NCBI RefSeq assembly: GCF_036971445.1
Contig: NC_091473.1
Coordinates: forward strand, 185,008,001-185,072,000
Direction of reading: 5' to 3'
Origin: Narcine bancroftii
Taxonomy: Eukaryota
DNA: 64,000 nucleotides
Below are positions 39,641 to 52,750 of the stretch, piece after piece (position 1 is the stretch's first letter; every line of letters starts with the position of its first letter). The position numbers and the translations under genes were made by a program. The notes below the pieces were generated by a model, which was not told the origin of the DNA, searched no databases, and saw nothing but the letters and a program-made list of their open reading frames with translations.

Positions 39641-41457
39641 GGGTGACTATAGTGAAAACACAAAGAGTTGCTGGAGGACCCTGCTGGTCTCGCAGCGTCC
39701 AGAGGAGGTTCGAAATATATATATATTCTCAATGTTTCTTGAGCCCTTCTTTCAGTATTTATGTGTTTTACAGCAGGGTCCATGTACCACGTCCCACTCA
39801 TGCTCTTATTTCGGATGTGCTTGTGATTTCATGAAGGCTGGAACACAATGATACAATCTTCCACATTATTTGGTCTTGTTTGTGATGGGGAACGGGAGGT
39901 AAGTGGAGACAAACTGCAGTCAGCAAAAATGAGTCAATTCCACAAATTGGGTGCGGCCCACATTTCACCAAGGAAACTCCTGACAAAGGCCGTGGCAGGA
40001 CAGGAAATAAAGTGCTCGGATTCGGAATGAGCATCGGGGTTTCCCCAGTTGCGGAGGGGGTTATTACAGCAGGCGGCCAGTCAAAGTCACCTGCAGATAC
40101 GGTGCAGAGCAGGGTGGACAGCGCCCATCCGCAGAGTTCAAAATGTCCCTCGCAGTAGCTCCTCGAGGATTCGTGGATGGAAGCATGTGAAAGTGTCGGA
40201 GCAGCGACGAGGAAATATCACCGAAAGCATCTGAAGCAGACGGGCAGTCACTGTAAAATAACACAGAGCTGGTATTTATTACATAACAGGTGAATAGATA
40301 TATGAGAAGTTAGGGAAAGATGACGAAGCATGAACGTCGTGAGACCTAATGAGAATTGATGGGAGTGTGGAGCTGTGGCCCGATTACCCACGGATTGGTC
40401 TGAATTGTTTTTCCCACCACAAGGGCAGAGCGTCAGAAACACATTGCACCGGTAACGGGTCATTTCGGCCCACGAGTCCGTGCTGCCCAATTAACCAATG
40501 CCCCCGTTATGTTGCGAACGATGGGAGGAATTCGGAAACCCCGCGGTAAACCCACACAGACATGGGGAGATGTACAAATACTTGCAGACAACGTGAGATT
40601 CTAACCCTGGTTCCGTTCATTCGCGCTGTATAAAGTCAATGCTATGATCACCCTATTTGCAATTTGTGGGTTTAGAAATATTTTTACTTTTTTTATTGCA
40701 ATTTGAAACACCACACAGTGTTTGTAATTAATTAACTGATATATGATTTTTTTTGCTCCCCCTGTGGGAAAGGGAAGGTAATTCTGTTTAGTTTGTCTTG
40801 TTAATTGTTTTTATAGGTATTTTAAATTATAAATAGTGTTTCCGAAAAAAATCAAGTCCTGCCGCTAAATGCTACACTAACACAGCCGCCTTTTTATCAC
40901 TTTTGTTTCCTGCATAAATGCTTTTGGATTATATTTTTTTAATCCATTTGGACTCCATGTTTCTGTTTTCAGTGAGGACCAACTTGCTGATCAACTCCGC
41001 GTCCCCGTTTTCTGGGCTGGTTTTTCATCGAAGCAGCAGCTGCTTCGAACTGGTGACCGTGCTGTCATTTTCCCAGTGGCCCAGTCCGGAGTAGATATTA
41101 TGAAAGGTTAGAAATGGCCGGAATCCAAAAGGATCCAGCACAGCACAGAATGACCCGATTGTTGAAACCTTGAACCGAACCAGCTTTCTTATTTGTGCGG
41201 CTCAACGTAGCTATACAAGCAACATTTTCATAATTCCTTTCGAATAATTTTACAAACATGATTATTGATCCATTCATAATTATTATTCTTGCTCTCTGAT
41301 GACGGGCCAAATCAGTTATACGGTGGCACTCGGATTAAAATTAACTTTCTCAAAGTGTTTGCTCATTGTGTTGTTTCTGGCGTGACGGACTCCTGGTCTT
41401 ATTGGACAGTGGGCAAAACGCCTCAGCGGTACAGCCGATCGCTGCTTCACTAGGATC

Positions 41458-44400
41458 ATGGACTATCCAGCCATTGACTACATCGCCAGGATTTACTACC
41501 TGGTATTTTCTGCGGTTGGAATCCCTGGTAACACACTGGTGTTGGCTACGAGTGGTTCGGATCTCAGTTGTTCTTATCCACATCTCGCCTCGAAATCCCG
41601 TATGGATGCTGCCTCGTGGGTTGAGTCATTTTTTCCTGACGGTTGAGTTTCTTCTGCACTTTTGCGCATTGTTTAATTTCTCTTAATTTTTTTACTGTAT
41701 TTAAATCACTTTTGGGGTCCTGTTCATTTTTTCAATCCATTCCGTAAAATCGATGTCCATATTAATTTCTTTCCCGCATTTAATTTGATGCAGTTTCCCC
41801 TCACATTATTGACAAATATTTTTCCCTTCTCGGGGCCCCTCGATATGATGAAATATTTATCACCAAGACAATCTTTATTGCCGAATTACCGCCTAACTGA
41901 GCGATGTAGGGCGGCCCTGTCCACGCATCGCCTTTACAGCGCCAGTTCAAGTTTTGAACTCTTAAGGAAGAAGAAGGTGTAAATTTAAATGTCATTGCAA
42001 CCCTCCTCGCGTTCTAGAGTAGTAGCCGGTCGGGGAAAAACCAGTCCTCTCCAGAAAAAAAAGTAAAGAAAAGACAAAGTTTAATAAATATAAAATATAA
42101 GAAATAAGAGATAAAGTTGTTGAGAAGAGAAAGAAAATGGCACCTAAGAAGGAAAAAGTAAAAACAACCTGAAAAATAGAAAAGTCACCGGAAAATAAAG
42201 AATGAAGAAACAGGGAACCGTGGTGGCGAAGAGAGGTTGGTGACGGCCCCGCGGAGTCGCGACCTCCCGACCACTGGACCGCAAAAATGGCTCGAGTCAA
42301 ATAAAAGTGCACAACTGCTCATGCGCAAGGTGTCACCCATGCGCAGTGCGCAATCTAAGAAGAAGGAAATCACCGACGTGAGGGGGTCTCAGCCAAGGAG
42401 AGGGCAACAACGGCGCGACCAGCTGAGGGATGCCCGACACCAGGGCTCTCAGCTGGAGGAGGAAAAAAGCGGCAAGGGAGGAAGGGAAGTCACAGGTGAG
42501 AAAGAAATTCGACGGGGTTATAAGAAAATATAGTAGAATCAGGAGGTTCTGCAGATGAGCAACTCAGAAGAAAAGGACCAACAGCAAGAGGCCAAGTAAG
42601 AAGAGGTCCGACAAAGTGAGTCAAGCTACTCATCAAAAAAATCAGAAGAGGCACAGATACAAAGAAGAGACGAAGAAGACACAAAAACAGGTACAGACAC
42701 AAACACAGGTACAGATACAAAAGAAGAGTAAGAAGACGACCAAGATCTTCACAGAGAGATAGAGTGCAAAACAGTTGGACAGAATACAGATACAGCTTCT
42801 TTTGACGAACAAATGAGAGCATTAAAAGAATGGTTATCATTAGCATTTAGTGTAATGAAAATAAAAATAAAAAGAACAGACGATAAAATGCAAAGATTAG
42901 AGCTAGACATGACAGAAATCGGGAAAAGTGTATAAAATGTGGAAGAACGAGAAACGGCTGTAGAAATGGAAGTCAACGACTTATGAGGAAATTTGAAGAA
43001 AGTGATAAAAAATTAAAGAGACACAAAGTTGCTAGCTCAGAAAATTGATATGTTGGAAAATTATAGTAAGCTAAACAACATAAAAATAGTGGGCAAAAAG
43101 GAAGATTAAGAAGGCACAGACATGAAGGAATTTATATGAGAATCGATCCAGAAGGTCCTTGGAGTAAGAGAAATGCAGGAAGAAATGGAAATAGAAAGGA
43201 CACACAAAACACTAGCTCCAAAACCACAGTCAAAACAAATACCAAGATCCATTTTAGTAAAATATTTGAGATATATGACAAGAGGAAATATACTGGAGCA
43301 GGCAAGGAACAAAATTAGAGAAGACAATAAACCACTGGAATAGAAGGGTCAACAAATATTTTTTTTTTACCCGGACATAAGTTTTGAACTCTTAAAGAAG
43401 AAGAAGGTGTTTAATACAGCAAAATCGATCCAATGGAAAAAAGGTTATAAATTTATGTTAAGATACCCAGCTGTGCTTAAAATATTTATACTCGGGGAGC
43501 AAAACAGACTGTTCTCAGATCTGCAGGAAGCACAAGATTTTGCAGAACGCTTGCAGGACTGGAGAGTGAAGGAATGTAACTGGAATAGAACGTCGGTATT
43601 TAAAGACTTAAAGAAGGGAAAGAGAAGGGAAGAAAGTAAGTAAAGAGGAAAAAATGTATAACTTTGTTTTATGTGTTTAAAAAGAGTTTCAGGGGTTTCA
43701 GAGGAGAGAATAAATGTCATTGCAAAATCAGTTGATGCTTGTGAGCAGGTTCGCAATTCAAATGGAAAGCGTAGTTATGGTTGCCTATCAAGCAATAAGG
43801 GGTAACTCAGAGAGGGGGGATATTTGGGATTAAGGGAATATTGGACGTGGGAGTTGTTGGAATATTTTATGTTTAAAATGTGTTGTCATATATTCAGTTT
43901 AAAAAGGGAAAAGTGAGAGATGAACATGGGGAAAAGGGAAATGGTAGTCGTGAGGAAGCGGAAATGAGGTGTAAACAGGATATGAGATGACCACGTTGAA
44001 CTATATGAATATATACATTAGTGGAATACATAACCAAATTTACTAAAAAGGAAAAGAAAATGAGATATAGCATTTGTACAGAAATGAATGTAACTGAAGT
44101 GGAACATAATAAATTAAAGAGAAACTGCGTAGGACACGTAGCAGCAGCATCATATATTTCAAAAGCAAGAGGTGTAGATATATTAATTAATAAAAACGTA
44201 CCAATCCAAATAGAGGAGGAAATAATAGATCCAGCAGGGAGGTATGTAAAGATAATGTGTCGAATATATTCATAGTTTTGAATTTTTCTCAATATATATG
44301 CGCCTAATGAGGAGGATCAAAAGTTTAGGCAAGTTGGCTTTGATGATTGTGGATACACAAGGAAATATATTCATAGGAAGGGATTTTAGCATTAATTTTG

Positions 44401-47400
44401 ATCCAATGTTGAATAAAACTGGACAAAAGATTAGCAAAATGAATAAAGCAGCCAGATGTATGGTTAGATCAATGCAGAATATGAAACTTATGGATATGTG
44501 GAGGCGGCAGCAGCTTAGAGAGAAGGACTACTAATATTATTTAAGTAGGCATGAAACATACTCTAGGATTGATATATTTTTGTTGTCGACGCAAGTTCAA
44601 GGGAGAATTAGGATAACTGAATATAAAGCTAGATTACTATGTGATCATTCACCCTTGTTATTAGCAGTAGAATTGTAGGATATCCCAGCAAGAACATATA
44701 GATGGAGGTTAAACTCCATGCTACTTAAAAGGCAATAATTTAGAGAATTCATTGAACGCCAAATTAAAACATATTTTGAAATAAATACAGAATCAGTGAA
44801 ATACAAATTTAATTATGGGATGAAATAAAAAACTTATAGAGGGCAGATAATAAGTTATGTAACTAAGATGAAAAGGGACTACAATTTGGAAATAGAGAAT
44901 GAGGGGAAAGATAATAAAGTAGAAGAGTTTTTAGTTAGATTTAAACTGCCGAAATTGCAAGAAGAGGAACAAAACAAACTGAAAAAAAAAACACAATTTG
45001 AATAGAGGAAGTACAGGATATATTTTAAAAAAGATGCCAAACAATAAAATGCCTGGAGAGGATCGATTCCCAATAGAATTCTATAAAACATTTAAAGAGT
45101 TCTTAATTCCTCCTCTCCTTGAAGTAATGAACCAGTTAGAAGAAACAGAAAACTTGCCAGATTCATGTAAGGCAGCAATAATTACAGTAATACCAAAGTC
45201 GGGGAAGGATCCACTAACATCGGCATCAAATAGACCAATATCTTAACTTCATTCAGATTATAAGGTAATGGCGAAATTATTAGCATCAGATTGGCCGATT
45301 ATGTACCAAAAATAGTAAAACAAGATCAAACTGTATTTATTAATAAAATACGAACAGCAGATAATGTCTGTAAATTTATTAATATAATTCATGTAGTTCA
45401 AAGAAACATGAAATAAACAGCGGTTGTTGCTTAAGATGCAGAAAAAGCCTTTGACACAGTAGAATGGAATTATTTATTTAAAGTATTACAGAGGTTCATC
45501 TACCAGAAAAAAAAAATATTAATTGGATTAAAGCATTATATAATGGAATATTGTCGAAGGTAACAGTAAATGGATATGTATCAATCCAATTTAAATTAAG
45601 TAGGTCAACTAGACAGGGATGTCCATTACCCCCTTCACTGATCACTTCAGCAATATAACCATTGGCAGAACTGCTAAGAACAGAAAATAAAAGAAAAGGG
45701 ATTAAAATAAAGGAGAATGCATATAAAATCAGTTTATTTGTAGATGCCATCATAGTATACTTAACAGGATCAAAAATATAAATAATAGAATTACATAATA
45801 AATTGAAGGAGTATGGAGAAATATTGGGGTACAAGATCAACGCAAATAAAAGTGAAGTGATGCCAATGAGTAATTCGGATTATATAGAATTTTTTTAAAA
45901 ATCACAATTTTAATGGCAATCACAATCACCTAGTTAGTAGGTTAGTTAATAACCTAAGCCACCTGTACACTTTAAATTATCAGCCACTAATAAAGAAATT
46001 GCTGGAAGACTTAGAACATTGAATAGAATTACTGCTAACGTTGATAGGGAGGTTAGATTGCATTACAATGAATGTCTTACGAAGGATACAATACTTATTT
46101 CAATCGTTACCAATTCTCTTAACGGAGAAATTCTTTAATGAACTAAAGAGAATAATTTGGAAATTCTTCTGCAAAGCGGGGAAACGGATGAAAGCTTTGG
46201 ATAAATTAACAGAGAGTTACAACTAAGGTGGTTTGCAGTTACCAAACTTTAAAATTTATTATAGAGCAGTGCAATGAAGGTACTTATCAGATTTATAACA
46301 GACTGGACAAAGATAGAACTAGATCAAATTGGGGAGAAGGATCCGGTGCATATACTTTATGTGGGATGAAAATCTGGTACAATATAAAAGCTCACCAGTT
46401 TTGCACCATTTACTCAATGTATGGAAGAAGATCCACTTAGAAATGAAGAAAAAAACAATTATCAAAATTAATATTGACGCAAAATCCACTAATCCCTTTT
46501 CCGATCGGTAAGCTTTCCTTGAGAGAATGGGAGAGAAAAGTAATCAAAAGAATAGAAAATTGTTTTTTGGCAAATAATTTATTAACATTTGAACAGTTGA
46601 AGTACAAATATGGAATAACTCATGGTACAATGTCTGCATAGCATCAATTCAAAGCTTATTTGAAGGATAAATTGGGCAACAGACTTAGATTACCAAAAGT
46701 AAGCAGCTTTGAATATGTGATTTCAGACATAATGATAATTAAAAGATTTATAACGAACATGTACATTAAGCTGCAAAATAAGGAAAATGATGAAATAAAC
46801 TATAAACCCAAACAAAAGTGGGAAAAGGATTTCAACAAAAAGATTAAAAAAATGAAACATGGGAACATTTATATTCTGGAACTATGATGAGTATAAAAAA
46901 CACAAGGTTACGCATGATACAGTATAATTGGTTACACAGGTTATATAGCACGCCCAAAAAATTAAGAAAATGGGATCCAACATTATTAGATAGATGTTGT
47001 CGCTGTAAGAAGGAAATGCGAACAACAGTACATGCAATTTGGGCATGTGAGAAAGTGAAAATGTTTTGGGAAAATCAAAATTAGATATTAAATAAAATTA
47101 CAAAACATAGCATACCAAAATATCCACAGATTTTTATTCAAAGTAATATAAGTATTAATGAATTAGGTCTCAAATGGGATAAAACGCAAAAAAAATTTAT
47201 TGCGATAGCCTTAGCAGTAGCAAAAAAAATGCATAATGTTAACTTGGAAAATGGAAGAGAACCTGAAAATACAGCAATGGTACATGGACATAAATAAATG
47301 TATTCCATTGGAAAAAATAACATATAATTTTTAAAAAGTCTCATTATTTGAACAAATTTGTGAACCATACATAGAATATAACAGAGAGAGCTTGTCTCGG

Positions 47401-48330
47401 ACCTCCAACCCCGAAAATGATACGAAGACAAAACGACTTGATCCAGTGTGTAAAAGTAGATGACAAATTTTTCGTGTTTATTTTTCATTGTGGGATGACA
47501 TTGTTTAATGGTTTTATTGTGTTGTATATGTTGATTATTTATTGGTTTTGGAGGGGGTAGGAAGGGGAAAGTGAAGCAAAGTGACGAAGGTAGAACATGC
47601 CACTGTGTATATTTAGTGATAAACTTTTGTGTATATTTTGTTTGATGTGGTTCACACTGGGAAAAAAAATACTTAAATAAAGCCACTGATCTGGTCTCGG
47701 TGACTGAGCTGATCCGCCCTTCACCGACCAAGTGCTCAGAGTCACCGATCTAAACCGCTCTCAGATCACACTCTGGTCCGCTGTTTTAATCCATCTGGCG
47801 TTAGGGGAAAGTGAGAGGGGGAGGCAGAGGGGAAGAATGAGTGAGAGAGAAAGAGCCCGGTTCAGCTGAGTTCCCACTCTCAGATCCTCAGCCATCCTCG
47901 CCCGACAAGGGGGGGTTGGAGAAATGACAATGTTTTCGACACAAATATAAATTGAAAAGTATCAGGCTTGGAGCCTTTGAACTGACCTTTTTGTGTCTTT
48001 ACTGTTAATTTAATTGCGAGTTTGATTCTGTGGCAGAGGAGTTGTGGTCTGTCACGCTGCCTCACTCGGTTCCTCCTCCAGCAGGTGGTTGGAGAAATGA
48101 CAACGTTTTCGGGCACAAATTAAAATTGAAAAGGATCCGTCTTGGAGCGGTTGAACTGACTTTATTTGTGTCTTTATAGTTAATTTACTTGCGATTTTGA
48201 TTCTGTGGCGGAGCAATTGTGGTCTGTCACGGTGCATCACTCGCAACCTCGCCTGAATGGCGATGGCTGATTTAATGTATGTCGTCATCGGGGTGTTGCT
48301 GGAGCAGTTGAATAACATCTACATTTATGC
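41458..48330 (+). pseudogene. GPCR copy F pseudogene (exon 1 41458..41527; duplicated, truncated exon 2 starts at ~48005 and ~48180)
   Basis: MDYPAIDYIARIYYLVFSAVGIP G|GTAAC; near full-length L1 in the intron; exon 2 has a TGA in TM2 and is deleted after ~150 nt. Confidence 0.9.
42017..47680 (+). mobile_element. Near full-length but inactivated L1 (ORF1 ~42137-43580, ORF2 ~43990-47420)
   Basis: ORF1 coiled-coil/RRM remnants (LENYSKLNNIKIVG, IERTHKTLAPKP, FMLRYPAVLKI), EN (GVDILINK, DHSPL), RT (RQGCPLPP), RCCRCKKEMRTTVHAIWAC, A-tail followed by AGCCACTGATCT target; many stops and frameshifts. Confidence 0.93.
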
Positions 48331-50185
48331 CAATAAGAGGGGGATAGATCAGTTATGTGACTGTAGTGTAAACACACAGAGTTGCTAGAGGACCAGGCTG
48401 GTCTCGCAGCGTCCATAGGAGGTTCAATGTATATTCCCAATGTTTCCTGAGCCCTTCCTCCAGCATTTATGTGTTTTGCAGCAGGTTCGATGAACCATGT
48501 CCCACTCATGGTCTTACTTCGGATATGCTTGTGATTTCATGAAGACTGGAACACATTGATACAATCTTCCACATTATTTGGCCTCGTTTGAAATGGGGAA
48601 CGGAAGGTAAGTGGAGACAAATTGCAGTCAAGAAAAATGATTCAATTCCCTAAATTGGGTGCGGCTCACATTTCACCAAGGAAACTCCTGACAAAGGGAT
48701 TGCGGGACAGGAGACAAAGTGCTCAGTGTTCGGAATGCGCATCGGGGTTTCCCCAGTTTGGTTGGGGGTCATTATAGCAGGCTGTCTGTCAAAGGCACCT
48801 GCAGAAACGGTGCAAAGCGGCGAGAACTGCGCCCGTACGCAGACTTCAAAATGTCTCTCACACCAGTTCGTCAAGGATCCGTGGATAGAAGCTGGAAAAA
48901 GAGTGGGAGTAGTGGCAAGGAAATATCACTGAAAGTATCTTAAGCAGACGGGGACTCACTGTGAACTAAACCAGCGGTGGGTTTTCTTATCTAACAAGTG
49001 AATAGATATATGAGAATTAGGGATAAGTGGACGAGGCATGAAGTGTGAGAGACTCCGTGAGAAGTGTCGTGAGTGTGGAGCCGTCACCCGAGTACACCAC
49101 AGATTGGTTAGAATTGTTACAGGGCACTGTGTTCGAAACATGACATTTCTCACCAACGTGGGCAGAAGGTCAGTAACACATTGCCCCGGTAACCCTCCAT
49201 TTCGGACGACAAGTCCATGCTGCCCAATCAACCTAGCCCCAGCAATGTTGCGAACACTGGGAGGAAATCGGAGTCCCCGGGGAAAACCTACGCAGACAAG
49301 GGGAGAACGTACGAATCCTTACAGACAAAGCGATATTCGAAACTCGTCCAGATCATTCGTGCTGTCTACATTCGTTCCTATGGTCATCCAATTTGGAATT
49401 TATGGGATTAGAAATATCTTTTATTTAATTTTAAGTTGAAACATCACACAGCGTATGTAAGTAATGTGCTCCGCTTGTGGGGTTGGGAGGGGAAGGTTAG
49501 TTCTGTTTATTTTACTTTGTCTTATTATTTGGTTTTATACATTTCTAAAATTATAAATAAAATTTCAAAAAAAAAACAAGTCCTGGCGCTAACTGCTACA
49601 CCAACACTACCGCCCATGTTTATCACTCCAATTTCCTGCACAAATGGTTTTGAATTATATTTATTTATCCTTTTGGACTCCATGTATTTGCTTTCAGGGA
49701 CGGCCAATTTGCTCATCAACTCCGCGTCCCCGTTTTCCAGGACTTTTTATTCACCCAAACAGCAGCTGCTTCGAACGGATGTTCGTGATGTCATTTACCC
49801 AGGGGCTCAGGCCGAAATAAATATTATGAAAGGTTAGAAATGTCCGGATTCCAAAGGGTTAAACCCGATTGTCGAAATCTTGAACCGAACCAGCTTTCTT
49901 ATTTGTGCCACTGAACGCAGCCACACAAGTAACATTTTCATAATCTCTTTCGAAGAATTTTACAAACATGACTATTGATCCATTCATAATTACTATGAAT
50001 GCTTTCACCTGACGGGCCAAATCAGTTAAACGTTGGCACTCGAATTAAAAATAACTCTCTTAAATTGTTTGCTCAGTGGGTTGCACTGGCGTGAGGGTCT
50101 CCTGGTCTCAGCGAATTTTGCTTCTCCTTTATAAGAGTGAGTTAAAAGCCTCAGCGGTACCGCCGATCGTTGCTTCACAAGGACC

Positions 50186-52750
50186 AGGGCCTATCCAGCC
50201 ATTTACCACATCGCCAGGATTTAATACGCGGTACCAGTCACGGTTGGAATCCCTGGTAAGACACTGGCGTTGGCTCCGAGGGGTTCAGTTCTATGTTGCT
50301 CTTGTCCTTCTCCACATATCTCCTGGACACCCCGCACAGATGCTGCCTCGCGGGTTCAGACTTTATTCCCCGATGGTTGAATTTCTTCTGCACTTTTGCG
50401 CATTGTTTAATTTCACTTAATTTTGACTGTATTTTAATCCGTTTGAGTCCTGTTCAATTTATAATCCCATCAGTAAAATCGGTGCCCATATCAATATCTT
50501 TCCTGCATTTACTATGATTCAGTTTCCATCACATAACTGACAAAAAATATTTTAATCAGTTGCCCTTTGATACGATCAAATATTTATCAACAACGAGACA
50601 ATCTTTACTGAACCAATTAACGCTCAACTGAAAGATATGTGGGGCGGCCAGGTCCGCGAAACGCCTTTACAGCGCCAGCGATAGGGGGACGGAGTTTCGA
50701 ATCCCGTGTGGTCTGTCCGTTCTCTCCGTGTCTAGGTGGGTTATTTCCGGGGGATCCGGTTACCTCCCACTCTTCAAAACGGACTGGGGTTGTAGCTTAA
50801 TTGGGCGTATATTAGGCGGAATGGACTGGAGGACAGAATGGGCTTTTACAGCAAGTAGGTGTCAAAAATATTTTTTAAATATATAAAACTCCTTTGTAAA
50901 CGTATAAACGCCTCTACAATTCGAAGGAAAACCTGAGTTCTCACCTCCAAACCCGTTCTTCGAACTTTATACACCTTCGTGTATTTTTGTTTCCATTTGG
51001 TAAATTCGTTCTTCCCAAAGAAACAGACTCTATCAGAGCACATGTTAGTCTCACCATTCAGGAACGCCCCAGCTCTCTCCGTTTCAGCCACTGACCTGGT
51101 CTCGGAGTCTGAGGTGATCGGCCCTTCACTGACCTGGAGTCCAGATTCTCCGATCTAAACCGCTCTCATATCGCACTCGGGTCCGCTGTTGTCATCCATC
51201 TGGGGTTGGGCGAAAGGGGGTAGTGAGAGAAACAAGAGAGCGAGCTAGATAAAGTGAGAGCCGGGGTCTGCTGCGTTCCCACTCTCTGATCCTCAGCCGT
51301 CCTCGTCCGACAGAGGGACGGAGAAATTACAAAGTTTTCGGGTGCAAATATCAAGTGAAAAGAATCTGGTTTCTCGCGTTTGAACTATTTTTTGTGTCTT
51401 TCCAGTTAATTTAATTGCGATTGTGATTCTGTGGTGGAGGAATTGTGGACTCTCACGGTGCATCACTCGCAACCTCGTCGGAATTGCGATGTCTGATTTA
51501 AAGTGTGTGGTCTTCGGTGTGTAGCTAGAGCAGATTAATAACATCTAATTTATTTTCCGCATTTGCTCTTCACTCCAATCTGCACGCTGATCCTTGTCCT
51601 GAGGTTTGGAGCCATGGACTGTTCCATCTGGTTGATGGCTCTAACGATCGATCGCTACGTAGCAGTTTGTAGGGTGAGGCTGTGGGAAAGATATTCCACC
51701 AAGCGAATGGCTATGGGTGTGATGGAAATTGTGACAATATGGGGCTGTGAGAGGTACGTTCCCTACGCCTTCGCAATAAAACCTTTGGTCCTCATTGACC
51801 ACTTGCCAAGGCGCTTTATGGCTAAAGCTGAATATTCGACCTCATCCTTCTGGAGAACATATGCGGTCTTCCTTTGCATCACCACACCTTTTGTGCCAAT
51901 CGGCCTCATTGTATTGTTCAACGTTTTAACTGTCCGTCTTGTCTACCTGCACCAACACGTGTATCTACATTTTGTCCTCGAGGAGATTCAATGTGAAGCT
52001 GAAGATTGCCGTGAAATATTTCTTTGCATTAAAAGGATAACTTTATATTAAACTCCCGTTGAGTGTTCAATTTAAAAATAAGGGCAGATTTGTTCAGTAT
52101 GAAATAGACTGTATTTCGCCATGCGTCTGAACGTCAGAAATTGAGTTAGGTTAGGAAATCTTGTCCATGTGCCGAGGATGTGTATAATTACGTTCCAAAT
52201 CACTGAATTGTGGATGTTGGGAACTTTTATCTGCATAATGTGCGAGGCTGCTGTGAAGGAGAGTGAGTCGGATTGTGTCTGCTTTCTCCAGACGAATGAG
52301 GAAAATTCCGTCGTTATAAAAGTAGAATCTACAATCATTGCAACGGAATCGTGGTCTTGAGAAACATTAATATTTTTCGCAGTGTTTGCTGGACCTACGC
52401 AGTAGCAGAGTCCGGGTTCATGTGTTAACTGAAAATAATGTGTGAACGTGAAGCCGGACTTAAACAGAGAAGGATCCAGGGGCACACAACCGCAGAAAGA
52501 CACTGGTTCTGTTGTTCTCTCTCTCTGTGCCAATTTTATTTTGTCGTGGATCCCCAATGTCGTGCTTCACTCAAAATGGCAAACTCAAAATTATTTTTAC
52601 ACGGACAGATATCTAAATAACCCGACATTTATCCTTCAGCAATGTGCATTAATATTTGAATTTCTCAGTACCAGCACGTGTATCTACAGCTTGTCCCAGA
52701 GTAGATTCAGTGAGGAGCTGATGATTGCGGTGAATTATCTCTTTACTTGA
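50186..52750 (+). pseudogene. GPCR copy G pseudogene (exon 1 50186..50255; exon 2 51406..52750, interrupted)
   Basis: Start ATG->AGG, TAG at 51522, TAA at 51546, TIDRYVAVC retained, ~520-bp foreign insert at 51939-52460, TM6-TM7 resumes at ~52465. Confidence 0.92.

Noticed and set aside
42017-47680. Active autonomous L1
   Set aside because: Numerous stops, frameshifts and an internal deletion near 44897
52072-52557. 161-aa minus-strand ORF across the insert in copy G
   Set aside because: No recognisable domain; it begins antisense within GPCR sequence and crosses the insertion junction
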